Source: Actinomycetota bacterium
GTDB taxonomy: Bacteria > Actinomycetota > UBA4738 > CALAEC01
Assembly (NCBI GenBank): GCA_050693155.1
Contig: JBOGWA010000146.1
Location: 8,975 to 72,974, forward strand
Length of the DNA stretch: 64,000 nt
Direction: 5' to 3'
Shown here: in pieces, positions 16,771 through 25,899 of the stretch
How the letters are laid out: each line of letters opens with the position of its first letter
How positions within the stretch are numbered: position 1 is the stretch's first letter
Notes under the pieces: generated by a model
Told to the model about the DNA's origin: nothing
Databases searched by the model: none
What the model saw: only the letters and a program-made list of their open reading frames with translations
Position numbers and translations under genes: made by a program

Positions 16771-17405
16771 CCGGGTTTGCAGACGCCGCAGGCCGCGTAG
16801 CCGTCCGATTGCGCGGCGGCGCGCGCCATGGTCTCGAGTCCCTTGCCCTTGACGAAGCGGCACGAAGCGCGGTGATACTTTCCCGTCTCCGTCACGACGA
16901 CGCGTTCTGTGGTGAGCTTCTTCGCCGGAGCTCTCGCCGAGGACTTCCTGGCGCGCGGCCGAGGACGACCGGTCGGAGGGGCCTTGCTGCCGGCCGCAGC
17001 CGAGGCGCCTTCCTGCGCAGCGCGCGCGGCCACCGCCGCTACCTCGACCTCGACTTCCTCGGGGACCTCGTCCGGAACGGCTTGCGCTGCTTCGCCCGGT
17101 CGAGCGATCGGAACACCCCCGGCGGCGCCGACCGGCTCCGCCCCCCCGCTCGCCGCCGGAGCCGGCTCGGTTCCTCCCGGGATCGGCATCGGAGGAAGAC
17201 GCTCAATCGGGGGAGGAGGTTCGAATGGCGCCCCGGCGGTCGCGCCGCGGATGGCCCTCGCCCTGATCATCCCGACGAACAGAAACAGAGCGGCAATCAG
17301 GCTGGCGCCGATGGAGATGAAGATGAGGAGTACCCCGCTCTGAAAGAAGCCGATCGCAAGCGCCGCGACGGCTCCCAAGAGGAAGAGCAGGGAAGTGATG
17401 TACAC
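16767..17405 (-). CDS. Hypothetical membrane protein: 2 transmembrane helices, Pro/Ala/Glu-rich linker, C-terminal basic zinc-ribbon-like domain
   Basis: N-terminus MYITSLLFLLGAVAALAIGFFQSGVLLIFISIGASLIAALFLFVGMI. C-terminus …KKLTTERVVVTETGKYHRASCRFVKGKG…YAACGVCKPG (Cys/His cluster). Confidence 0.6.
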   Translation of the reverse strand: MYITSLLFLLGAVAALAIGFFQSGVLLIFISIGASLIAALFLFVGMIRARAIRGATAGAPFEPPPPIERLPPMPIPGGTEPAPAASGGAEPVGAAGGVPIARPGEAAQAVPDEVPEEVEVEVAAVAARAAQEGASAAAGSKAPPTGRPRPRARKSSARAPAKKLTTERVVVTETGKYHRASCRFVKGKGLETMARAAAQSDGYAACGVCKPG

Positions 17406-17422
17406 GGCCGATCGCCGAGGCC

Positions 17423-17881
17423 TTAGCTCCGCGTACTCCTGGTCGCGGGCCGTTTTCGGGTTGTCTTCTTGCGAGCCGTTTTCTTGGTCGTCGTCTTCTT
17501 CGCCACGGTCTTCTTGCGCGCGGTGGATTTCTTCCTCGTGGTCTTGGCGGCGGCCTTCTTACGTGGTGCAGCCTTCTTCCGGGCCGGAGCCTTCTTGGCG
17601 GCTGTCTTCCCCCGGGCCGGTTTCGCTCGCGACCTTGCGGCGCCGACCGCCGAGGCGACCGTCGTTACTGCCGCGCCGGTAGCGGAAACACCCGCACGGC
17701 CGATCGACGCCCCTGCCGGCGAGGCCTCCTGCTCGGCGCGAAGGACGCCTCCCGCAAGGAAGCCTGCGGCCAGGACGCTTGCCGCAATGGAAACGAAGAT
17801 CAGCCCGAGGCCGTCTTGAAAGAATCCGATGCCGAGTGTCGTGATCGCTGCCAGGAGCAGCACGAGTGCGGTTCCGTACAC
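17423..17881 (-). CDS. Hypothetical membrane protein: paralogous 2-transmembrane N-terminus plus histone H1-like Lys/Ala-rich tail
   Basis: N-terminus MYGTALVLLLAAITTLGIGFFQDGLGLIFVSIAASVLAAGFLAGGVL aligns with the neighbour. C-terminal 70 aa are AKKA/PRKK/TRKK repeats. Confidence 0.6.
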   Translation of the reverse strand: MYGTALVLLLAAITTLGIGFFQDGLGLIFVSIAASVLAAGFLAGGVLRAEQEASPAGASIGRAGVSATGAAVTTVASAVGAARSRAKPARGKTAAKKAPARKKAAPRKKAAAKTTRKKSTARKKTVAKKTTTKKTARKKTTRKRPATRSTRS

Positions 17882-17977
17882 AGACTCCCTCCGGGTTCCT
17901 TGCCGCGGAACCCCTCGCTCCGCGGAATCCTACCCTATGAGAACCGGACGATTCACCCTATTTCGCCCCCGGCGCCC

Positions 17978-19096
17978 CTACTCCTCTCCCCAGAAGAGCT
18001 CGCGCAAGGAGGGCTCGTCGTCGCTCTCGCCCTCCTCGTGGTCCTCCCCCTCATCGCGGACGGCCCGCCGGCTCGTTTCGTCGATCTGCTCCACGCCGCT
18101 TCCCAACGCAGAGCCAGAGACCGGCCGGTCCTCAGGTCTCATCTCGAAGTCACGGGGCTCCACCTCTTCCTCGATCTCAGGCAACGCCGCCTCCGGAAGC
18201 GGCGAGCCCCAGCCTTCCTCGCCGCCCGGTCCTTCCTGGTCCTGAGGCCCCTCGGACGAGTGGCTAAGGTCCCATGGGTGGGGTGGCCCCGTCGGCCCTC
18301 GCGAGATCGGCGCCGCGAATTCCTCCGAGGGCGTCAGCGCGCGGGCTGATCCCTCCTCCGGCGCAGGGGGCTGGGGACCCTCGACCGGCGGTCGGGCTGG
18401 AGGCTGCACGACCGCCTGTGGGAGCACCGGGGGGCTCGGCTCTGGAGCATCCGAGTACACCGGTTCGGGCTCTTCGAGAGGCGGCTGGGCCTGCTCGAGG
18501 GTCGTTTCGCCCTGCCCGCCGGCAAGCATGGCAGCCTCGAGCGCTTCCTCGGACGGAGCCGGTGGCTGCCCTTCGGACGGTTGCTCCTCTGGTTTCTCCG
18601 GTTCGCCCTTCGCCTGGCGTTTCAGCGAATCGGCATGTTCTTGGATGAGCGAGGCGAGCCGCCGCAGAAACTCCCGCTCGCGGATCAGGAACCAGGAGGG
18701 CGCCTTGGCCGCCTGCGCCGCAGCCCGGCCCTCCGCTTCCTCGAGGAGCCGCGCCGCATGCTCCCGCGCCCTTCGAACCGTCTCCTCCGCCTGCTGATGG
18801 GCCGTCAACGGCACGGGGGTCGCGGCCGCCTGTGCATCGGTGAGCGCTTCGCGCAGGCGCTTGTTTTCCTCATGGAGCCCCGCGAGGTCCTCGGTGATGT
18901 GGTCGAGGAAGTCATCGACGTCGTGTTCGTTGTAGCCGCGGAAGGCCAGGCGGAAAACCATCTGCTGCACGTCAACGGGTGTGATCAACCGCGGCCGTGA
19001 GTCCTCGTCTTTCACGTACTCGGTCCCGGAGGTGGGCTGACGCTGTTCCACCGAAGCTCCCGCGTGCCTCTTGTCTCGCCGACGCCGTGCCATCAA
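17978..19096 (-). CDS. divIVA: DivIVA-domain protein (Wag31-like) with long Pro/Glu-rich C-terminal region
   Basis: DivIVA N-terminal domain …TPVDVQQMVFRLAFRGYNEHDVDDFLDHITEDLAGLHEENKRLRE… followed by coiled coil; lies immediately downstream of yggT. Confidence 0.85.
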   Translation of the reverse strand: MMARRRRDKRHAGASVEQRQPTSGTEYVKDEDSRPRLITPVDVQQMVFRLAFRGYNEHDVDDFLDHITEDLAGLHEENKRLREALTDAQAAATPVPLTAHQQAEETVRRAREHAARLLEEAEGRAAAQAAKAPSWFLIREREFLRRLASLIQEHADSLKRQAKGEPEKPEEQPSEGQPPAPSEEALEAAMLAGGQGETTLEQAQPPLEEPEPVYSDAPEPSPPVLPQAVVQPPARPPVEGPQPPAPEEGSARALTPSEEFAAPISRGPTGPPHPWDLSHSSEGPQDQEGPGGEEGWGSPLPEAALPEIEEEVEPRDFEMRPEDRPVSGSALGSGVEQIDETSRRAVRDEGEDHEEGESDDEPSLRELFWGEE

Positions 19097-19102
19097 GCCA
19101 CC

Positions 19103-19366
19103 TTAAAACCCACCAAAGCCGCATCCAAGTGCGCTCTGAACGACACCCAGGGCGATGAAGACCACGATCGGGGACAGGTCGAGTCCCATCGCTCCCATCC
19201 TAATGGGGGGAATGAGCCCACGGACGATGCGAAGAACGGGGTCGGTAACGTCATGGATGACCTCGACGATCGTGCGTGCGATCCCCGAACGGGGTGGAGG
19301 CAACCACGTCAGGATGATCCGCGCGAACAGTACGAACCAGTAGACGCTCAGGAGGATGCAGATGAC
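19103..19366 (-). CDS. yggT: YggT-family membrane protein (start codon non-canonical or affected by a frameshift)
   Basis: In-frame, stop-free translation …VEVICILLSVYWFVLFARIILTWLPPPRSGIARTIVEVIHDVTDPVLRIVRGLIPPIRMGAMGLDLSPIVVFIALGVVQ… matches YggT over ~90 aa. The first ATG/GTG/TTG in this frame is the TTG at 19303, which falls inside the conserved first transmembrane helix. Confidence 0.7.
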   Translation of the reverse strand, partial: VICILLSVYWFVLFARIILTWLPPPRSGIARTIVEVIHDVTDPVLRIVRGLIPPIRMGAMGLDLSPIVVFIALGVVQSALGCGFGGF

Positions 19367-19388
19367 CTCGACGGCCCCTCACCCCCCT

Positions 19389-19886
19389 CTAGAACTGATT
19401 GAAGAAGTCGCCTTCGCGGAGCCGCTCGCGCTCCTCGGCCGAGACTTCCACGTTTCTCGGCGTGAGGAGATACACGCGATTCGCGACAAGCTCGATCTTC
19501 CCATCCAGCGCAAACACCAACCCCGACGCGAAATCCACGAGGCGGCGGGCAGTGGGGTCCTCGGTTTCCTGAAGGTTCATGATCACGGGGACACCTTCTT
19601 TGAACTTCTCTCCCAGCTCTCGGGCCTCGTTGAACCGGCGGGGCTCGGCTCGGTGAATGGCCGATGCCTGGGTTGGCGGAGGAACCGTGCGAACGATCCC
19701 TTCGTTCTCGAAGGTAGGCGCCGGCTGCACCCTGGGAGTGCGAGCGACCCGCCGCGTGGGCCGATCTCCCGCAAACGTCCGCACGCCGACCGGTTCTTCA
19801 ACCGGAACGTTCTGCTCCACCTCGTCGAACTCGTCGTCTTCGACAAGACCCAGATACATCAATGTCTTTCGCCAAAGGCCTGCCAT
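19389..19886 (-). CDS. sepF: Cell division protein SepF
   Basis: MAGLWRKTLMYLGLVEDDEF… and C-terminal …VIMNLQETEDPTARRLVDFASGLVFALDGKIELVANRVYLLTP…. Confidence 0.9.
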   Translation of the reverse strand: MAGLWRKTLMYLGLVEDDEFDEVEQNVPVEEPVGVRTFAGDRPTRRVARTPRVQPAPTFENEGIVRTVPPPTQASAIHRAEPRRFNEARELGEKFKEGVPVIMNLQETEDPTARRLVDFASGLVFALDGKIELVANRVYLLTPRNVEVSAEERERLREGDFFNQF

Positions 19887-19898
19887 GGGAGATCCTCC

Positions 19899-20594
19899 TC
19901 AGGGTCGAGGGCCGAAGATGGCCGTCCCGACACGTATCATCGTAGCCCCTTCCTCGATCGCGACTTCGTAGTCACTCGTCATTCCCATCGAAAGCTCGCG
20001 CACGTCGGGAGCGACTTCCGCGGCATCCTCACGGAGCTCGCGCAAGCGCGCAAAGTACGGTCGCGGGTCCTCTCCGAGAGGCGGCAGCGTCATGAGCCCG
20101 GTGACCCGAAGACCCGGTCGATGAGCAATCTCCTCCAGAAACCACCGGAGCGAGTCGGGCGCGACCCCGACTCGTCGGCCGGTGAAGTCCACCTCGACCA
20201 GGCAGAAGGTGGGCGAGGGCTTCTCTGCCGCAAGTCGTTCCAGAAGATCGGTTGCCGCGCCGGGCTCGAGCGTCTGCACGACGTCTGCCGACTCGAGCAA
20301 CCGCGCAACCTTGTTCCTCTGGAGACGCCCGATGAAGTGCCACGTCGCGTCCGGGGCCGCTCCCCTTTTCTCCTCAAGTTCCTGCACGTAGTTCTCCCCG
20401 AAATCCGTCAGCCCGGCGGCCGCGGCAGCCGCAACCCGCTCCGAAGCTACCAACTTCGTGGCGGCGATCAGGCGCACATCGCGCGGGTCGCGATTGACGC
20501 GGGCGCAGGCTTCGGCGATCCGCGATCTGACGGCGCCAATGGCCTCGCCGATATCAGCGATTCTAGCACTAGAGTTAACAGTCACTGACAACAC
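19899..20594 (-). CDS. yggS: YggS-family pyridoxal-phosphate homeostasis protein (PLPHP)
   Basis: Alanine-racemase-N-like TIM-barrel motifs (…RLIAATKLVAS…; …WHFIGRLQRNK…; …SMGMTSDYEVAIEEGATMIRVGTAIFG). Confidence 0.9.
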   Translation of the reverse strand: MLSVTVNSSARIADIGEAIGAVRSRIAEACARVNRDPRDVRLIAATKLVASERVAAAAAAGLTDFGENYVQELEEKRGAAPDATWHFIGRLQRNKVARLLESADVVQTLEPGAATDLLERLAAEKPSPTFCLVEVDFTGRRVGVAPDSLRWFLEEIAHRPGLRVTGLMTLPPLGEDPRPYFARLRELREDAAEVAPDVRELSMGMTSDYEVAIEEGATMIRVGTAIFGPRP

Positions 20595-20623
20595 TTGACC
20601 CTAGGCTCCATTTGCGACATCCA

Positions 20624-21394
20624 TCACAGGCGCACCCCAATGAGCGCCTGCCGCCCCGTCCCCCCGTCTCGGCGGTAGGAGAAGAACCGGTCGTTCAGAC
20701 AGGCGGTGCAGACGCCGCTCTCCTCGATCCGCTTGACGCCCGCCGTCCGCAGCCGGCGTGCCACAGTGGCCGCGAGGTCCACGTACAGACGCCCCCGGCG
20801 CCTCGCCAGCGTCGGCCGCGAGGAACCACCCGAGAGCGCGCCCACGACGTCCGGTCCCACTTCGTAGTGGCACGAGCCGATCGCAGGCCCGATCGCCGCC
20901 CACACCTCCGCGGGGCGTTCGAAGACTCCCGCCGACCGTTCAACGAGTCCACCTGCGATCCCTCGCCAGCCCGCGTGGACCACGACGAGACGCTCCTCGG
21001 TAGGCGACCCAAGTGCGAGTGGGACGCAGTCCGCGACGAGAATGGCGACAGGCGCCGATGGGCGCGTCACGGCGAGCGCATCGGCCGATTCGAGCTCTCG
21101 GTCCGCTCGAGCGAACCCTCGGCCGGCGCGGCCTCGGCCGACGGGGAGCACCCGCGTGCCGTGGACTTGACGCGCGGTCGCGAACGGTGCGCATCCGAGA
21201 GCCTGTACCGTGCGCCGGCGATTCTCCGCGACGCGAGAGGACGTGTCGCCCGTGTCGAAGGCGAGGTTCAGGCTCTCGAACCTCCCGCGGCTCACGCCGC
21301 CGACTCGTTCGGTGAAGGCTGCCATGAATCCCCTCGTCTCAAGATCTCGCGACACGAGGGCATGCATGCGCCCCGCAAGGCGAACCCGGTCCAT
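20624..21394 (-). CDS. pgeF: Peptidoglycan editing factor PgeF (YfiH/laccase-domain, purine nucleoside phosphorylase family)
   Basis: Motifs …ESLNLAF…; …RQVHGTRV…; …ADALAVTRPSAPVAILVADCVPLAL…; …HAGWRG…; located between ftsZ and yggS. Start trimmed to MDRVRLAG ~21394. Confidence 0.85.
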   Translation of the reverse strand: MDRVRLAGRMHALVSRDLETRGFMAAFTERVGGVSRGRFESLNLAFDTGDTSSRVAENRRRTVQALGCAPFATARQVHGTRVLPVGRGRAGRGFARADRELESADALAVTRPSAPVAILVADCVPLALGSPTEERLVVVHAGWRGIAGGLVERSAGVFERPAEVWAAIGPAIGSCHYEVGPDVVGALSGGSSRPTLARRRGRLYVDLAATVARRLRTAGVKRIEESGVCTACLNDRFFSYRRDGGTGRQALIGVRL

Positions 21395-21507
21395 GCGTTG
21401 GAGCTCCTGCTTCAAAGAGTAAGTGGGGGCGGGGAAGCCACCTACCGTCAAGGCGGGGGAAGGGCGCCTTGGAGGGCGCTCCCCGCCCCCACGTTCAGGC
21501 CCCGGAC

Positions 21508-22644
21508 TCACTCCTTTAGAAAGTCCGGGATATCCAGGTCCCCGTTCGCGTCGATCCGAACCGAGGCAGACGCGGGCTGGAACAGCTCTTCTTCCTCCTC
21601 TTCCTGAAGAATCGAAGGCACTTCGATCTCCCCCTCGTCGTCACGAGCAGGCTCGGCCCGGAAGGCGGGAACGCGCAGCCCCAGAGTGTCGCCGAGCAGC
21701 CGATCGAATCCGGCCGCGATGACGGTCACCCGAACCTCTTCTCCGAGCGAGTCGTCGATGACCGCGCCGAAGATGATCGTCGCGTCCGGGTGAGCTGCGC
21801 GCGTCACGGCCTCGGCTGCGGCGTTCACCTCGTGCAAGCCGAGATCGGACGGTCCCGCGATCGAGAGAAGGAGACCCTTTGCTCCCTCGATGGACGCCTC
21901 GAGCAACGGTGAGGAGAACGCGGCGCGCGCCGCTGCCTCCGCACGATCGTCTCCGGTACCGTGCCCGATCCCCATTAGCGCGGATCCCGCTCCGGTCATG
22001 ACGGCCTTGACGTCCGCAAAGTCCAGGTTGATGAGACCCGGAGTCATGATCAGGCTCGTAATTCCTTCGACACCCTGATACAGCACTTGGTCGGCCATCC
22101 GGAACGCATCAAGCATCGACGTGTGCGTGTCGGACACCTGGAGGAGACGATCGTTCGGCACGATGATCAGCGTGTCGACGCTCTCCTTGAGCTCCTGAAT
22201 GCCCATATCGGCCTGCGACGCCCGTCGCCGACCTTCGAACGAGAAGGGTCGGGTCACGACGCCGATCGTCAGCGTGCCCAGCTCTCGCGCGATCTGAGAT
22301 ACGACCGGCGCTCCTCCGGTCCCGGTCCCGCCACCAGCGCCGGCAGTGATGAAGACCATGTCGGAGCCCTTCAAGATCTCCTCGATCTCGGATCGGTGCT
22401 CCTCCGCGGCGCGACGCCCGATCTCCGGATCGGATCCGGATCCGAGACCCCGCGTCGTCTCGCGACCGATGTCCAGCTTCACGTCCGCCTCGGACATGAG
22501 CAGGGCCTGCGCATCCGTATTGATCGCGATGAACTCGACGCCCTTCAAGCCGGCCTCGATCATCCGATTCACGGCGTTCACGCCTCCGCCGCCAATCCCT
22601 ACGACCTTTATGACGGCAAGGTAGTTCTGTGGTTGTTGCATCAT
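21508..22644 (-). CDS. ftsZ: Cell division GTPase FtsZ
   Basis: [15 protein letters not shown]…, tubulin signature [13 protein letters not shown]-terminal DIPDFLK clamp-binding peptide. Start trimmed to [11 protein letters not shown] ~22644. Confidence 0.95.
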   Translation of the reverse strand: MMQQPQNYLAVIKVVGIGGGGVNAVNRMIEAGLKGVEFIAINTDAQALLMSEADVKLDIGRETTRGLGSGSDPEIGRRAAEEHRSEIEEILKGSDMVFITAGAGGGTGTGGAPVVSQIARELGTLTIGVVTRPFSFEGRRRASQADMGIQELKESVDTLIIVPNDRLLQVSDTHTSMLDAFRMADQVLYQGVEGITSLIMTPGLINLDFADVKAVMTGAGSALMGIGHGTGDDRAEAAARAAFSSPLLEASIEGAKGLLLSIAGPSDLGLHEVNAAAEAVTRAAHPDATIIFGAVIDDSLGEEVRVTVIAAGFDRLLGDTLGLRVPAFRAEPARDDEGEIEVPSILQEEEEEELFQPASASVRIDANGDLDIPDFLKE

Positions 22645-22744
22645 GATTGCCTCCGTGTCCCGGCCACTTCGGCTGGTCATCTCCTCCCTCTGGACCAATC
22701 CGGTGGATGATCTGAAATTCGCTGACCACGAACGGCCTGAGCAC

Positions 22745-22785
22745 AAGCCTCAGGCTTGACTTCAGGTTTACTGTTATGTAAACCT
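22745..22785 (-). promoter_or_regulatory. ftsZ leader region with two adjacent inverted repeats (AAGCC-tca-GGCTT; AGGTTTAC-tgttat-GTAAACCT)
   Basis: Read directly in the 110-bp AT-richer ftsQ-ftsZ intergenic region. Confidence 0.4.
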
Positions 22786-22855
22786 AACCTACAGGACGAG
22801 AATCTATACGAGCACTCATAAGTTGTCAACCCCCAACAAGCGGCGCCAGGCGAAA

Positions 22856-23566
22856 TTAATCGGCGGGTTTCAGGGTCGGCGTGCCCGGTGCTCGGACGTC
22901 GATGTAGCCGACCGCGATCCCCTGCTCCTCGCTCCACCTGAGAAGCGAAGCGATCGCCGCCGCCTTCTCTGGGCGGTCGGTGGCATCGCCGTAAAGCACC
23001 AGCCCGCCCCGACGCAGATCGAGAACGATGCCCCTGGGTCCCGGATGGATCGTGTCGACGCGGCCTCGGATCTCAGGCGGAAGCGATCCCGCAACGGCCA
23101 GCAGATCGGGCGACGGGACCCGATCCCCCGGTTCAATAGCGATCGTGATCGCGGGAATCTCGATCCCGCGAGGAGCGCTCGTGCTTCGCTCGAGAACCAC
23201 GCCGTCGGCTGCGAGGAGGACGATTCCCTCCGGATCCCGCGCCCACGCCACGGCCGAACGCTCCGTGATCGAGAGAAGCAGAGCCCCCGAGAGGGACCAC
23301 TCGGCGCCTGAGCGCAGGATCCAAGGATGGGCCTCGAGACGCTGCTCGATCGTCTCGAAGTCGAGCGTCGTGAGATGTTTCCCAATCACGTCTCCGGCGA
23401 GATCGATGACTTCACTCTTGACGATGTGGGTGTTGCCCTCGATCCGAATCGACCGAACGCGAAACACCGGGCCCGCCGTCGCCGCCCAGCCGATAGCACC
23501 GACGGTGAAGAGCGCCCCCAGGGCGATCAACAGGCGGCGGGGAACGAGTCGCCGAGCTCTACGGAC
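22856..23566 (-). CDS. ftsQ: Cell division protein FtsQ/DivIB (POTRA domain)
   Basis: Single transmembrane segment (LLIALGALFTVGAIGWAA), then POTRA (…FRVRSIRIEGNTHIVKSEVIDLAG…). Confidence 0.85.
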   Translation of the reverse strand, partial: VRRARRLVPRRLLIALGALFTVGAIGWAATAGPVFRVRSIRIEGNTHIVKSEVIDLAGDVIGKHLTTLDFETIEQRLEAHPWILRSGAEWSLSGALLLSITERSAVAWARDPEGIVLLAADGVVLERSTSAPRGIEIPAITIAIEPGDRVPSPDLLAVAGSLPPEIRGRVDTIHPGPRGIVLDLRRGGLVLYGDATDRPEKAAAIASLLRWSEEQGIAVGYIDVRAPGTPTLKPAD

Positions 23567-24515
23567 CGATGTTCCCAACGAGCTGTACCTCACGCTCGAG
23601 TCTGACGCCGAACCGCTCGACCACACGTTCCTCGAGCAGCGCGATCAAACGACCGACGTCCCGAGCGGTCGCTCCCGGTCCGGCGATGATGAAGTTGGAA
23701 TGCTTCTCCGATACGCGAGCCCCGCCGACGGAAAGGTCTTTTCCCCCGATCGCTTCGATGAGACGCGCCGCGTGGTCACCCGGTGGATTCTTGAACACGC
23801 TCCCGCAGTTCGGGTCGGAGAGCGGCTGGGTCGCGCGGCGCCACTCGCGAGCCTCCTGCATCGCGTCTCGAATCGCCTCCTCCGGCGCCGGCGTCAGGCG
23901 GACCGTCCCCCCGACGACGACGCCCGCGGACGGCAGATGAGACGCCCGGTAGTCGAGCTCCGCAGCCGCGGCGGGTACAAACTCGACCGAGCTCGTCTCG
24001 AGGTCGAACACTTCGATCGTTTCGAGCACGTCTCCGACGGCGCGGCCGTGCGCTCCCGCATTCATGCGGACCGCCCCACCGAACGATGCAGGAATAGCGA
24101 CGCCGAACTCGAGCCCCGAAAGCCGGTGCCGTAGCGCCACACCCGCGAACGCCGGAAGGGGCATCGCGCCGCCGGCAGAGAGCCGGCTCCCATTACGACC
24201 CGCCCACCTGAAGAAACGGCCCAAACGAACCGCCAGCCCCCGGAAGCCCTCATCGGAAATGAGCAGATTCGATCCCTTCCCGACGACCGTGATCGAGATG
24301 TTGGTCTCGCGCACCGCCCGCGCGACCGCATGGAGGTCCCCAAGGGAATCGGCCTCCAGATACACCTGAGCGGGACCGCCGAGTCGAAAACTCGTCAGCG
24401 GAGCGAGTGGAAAGTTCCGCCGAACGCGGTCGCCGGCAGCCTCGCGAAGGATTCGCTCCGCCGCCAGGCCGTCCCTATCGGCCGGTCGCGTCGAGTCGCG
24501 CAATCGTCTCCTCAC
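23559..24515 (-). CDS. murB: UDP-N-acetylenolpyruvoylglucosamine reductase MurB (start uncertain; ORF track overlaps murC by 185 bp)
   Basis: FAD-binding …NFPLAPLTSFRLGGPAQVYLEADSLGDL…ITVVGKGSNLLISDEGFRGLAVRLG… and the C-terminal MurB domain. Confidence 0.85.
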   Translation of the reverse strand: MRRRLRDSTRPADRDGLAAERILREAAGDRVRRNFPLAPLTSFRLGGPAQVYLEADSLGDLHAVARAVRETNISITVVGKGSNLLISDEGFRGLAVRLGRFFRWAGRNGSRLSAGGAMPLPAFAGVALRHRLSGLEFGVAIPASFGGAVRMNAGAHGRAVGDVLETIEVFDLETSSVEFVPAAAAELDYRASHLPSAGVVVGGTVRLTPAPEEAIRDAMQEAREWRRATQPLSDPNCGSVFKNPPGDHAARLIEAIGGKDLSVGGARVSEKHSNFIIAGPGATARDVGRLIALLEERVVERFGVRLEREVQLVGNIGP

Positions 24516-25896
24516 CCACCATGGTGATATCACCGGCCCCAAGCGTGAGTACGAGGTCGCCCGCTCGAACAGATCCGGCCAGGAAGCGGGCGACGTCAAT
24601 CCGGTGCGGGAGATACACGACCCGTCGCCCCGGGACCAGCTCGACGAGGGCGTCGACAACCAACTTCCCGCTTACGCCTGGGATCGGCGCCTCGCCGGCC
24701 GGGTAGACGTCCGTGACCACGACAACATCCGCGGCAGCCAGACTCTCGCCCAGCCCGCGCCAAAGGGCCGCGGTCCGCGAATAGCGGTGCGGCTGAAAAA
24801 CCGCCCACACTCGACGGTCCCCATCCGAACGGGCGGCAGCGAGGGTCGCCGCGATCTCGGTTGGGTGATGGGCGTAGTCGTCGACGAACTCCGCGCCCCG
24901 TGCCGTGCCCCGCTCTTCGAACCGGCGGTGCACGCCGGCAAATTGCTCGAGGATGCGCGCGGCCTCGTTCGGCGGGACGCCCGCCTCGCGAGCAGCAATG
25001 ATCGCCGCTACCGCGTTGTGGAGGTAATGGCGTCCCGGAAGGCGGATTGAGAGATCGAGTTGCTTGCCCAATCCGTCGACCCGGCACCGCCCGCCGGCGC
25101 GAGCAACGTCAATCCCGCTGATGCGCACATCACATTCGTCCGTCTCCCCGTAGGTGACGGCTCGAACTCCGCTTCGTGCGAGCACTCGACGGGCCCCATC
25201 GTCGTCGCCTGAGGCCACGGCGAGCTCAGCCCGCGTGCAGAACTCGACGAATGCGTCCTCGACCTCCTCCCGGTTCGCATAGAAGTCGTGATGCTCTTCC
25301 TCAACGTTCGTCACGACGGCGATCTCCGGTGAGAGCAGGAGAAACGACCCATCCGATTCGTCTGCTTCGGCGACGAAGTATTCACCCGCGCCCGATCGCG
25401 CGTTGCTGCCACTCTCGTTCAGATCGCCACCGATCACGTAGGTCGGGTCGGCGCCGGCTCGCTCGAGCACAACGGCAAGCATCGACGTCGTCGTCGTCTT
25501 CCCGTGGGTCCCGGCAATCGCGATCCCTCGGTGCTCCTGCATGAGCGCGGCGAGCACCTGCGCGCGGGAGAGGATGGGGATGCGACGTGCCTGCGCGGCT
25601 CGAACCTCAACGTTTCGTGCCGGAATCGCCGTCGACACGACCACGGCGTCCGGCTCGCCCACGTAATCGGCCCGGTGACCGATTCGGATTTGCGCGCCGG
25701 CGGCGCGAAGCGCGGCCAGACCGGCCGCCTCTTTCAAATCGCTCCCGCTGACCACGACGCCGCGGGCGAGCAGCAGGCGGGCGATTCCGCTCATCCCTGC
25801 CCCCCCGATCCCGACCAGATGCGCGGAGCGGAGCGTCCGCATATCCGGGATCGCGAGAGTGCGGATGCTCTTCGGGGGATGCTTGGACGGCGACAC
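24475..25896 (-). CDS. murC: UDP-N-acetylmuramate--L-alanine ligase MurC
   Basis: …HLVGIGGAGMSGIARLL…, Mur ligase central domain GTHGKTTTTSMLA, C-terminal domain. Confidence 0.95.
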   Translation of the reverse strand: MSPSKHPPKSIRTLAIPDMRTLRSAHLVGIGGAGMSGIARLLLARGVVVSGSDLKEAAGLAALRAAGAQIRIGHRADYVGEPDAVVVSTAIPARNVEVRAAQARRIPILSRAQVLAALMQEHRGIAIAGTHGKTTTTSMLAVVLERAGADPTYVIGGDLNESGSNARSGAGEYFVAEADESDGSFLLLSPEIAVVTNVEEEHHDFYANREEVEDAFVEFCTRAELAVASGDDDGARRVLARSGVRAVTYGETDECDVRISGIDVARAGGRCRVDGLGKQLDLSIRLPGRHYLHNAVAAIIAAREAGVPPNEAARILEQFAGVHRRFEERGTARGAEFVDDYAHHPTEIAATLAAARSDGDRRVWAVFQPHRYSRTAALWRGLGESLAAADVVVVTDVYPAGEAPIPGVSGKLVVDALVELVPGRRVVYLPHRIDVARFLAGSVRAGDLVLTLGAGDITMVGEETIARLDATGR

Positions 25897-25899
25897 GGC

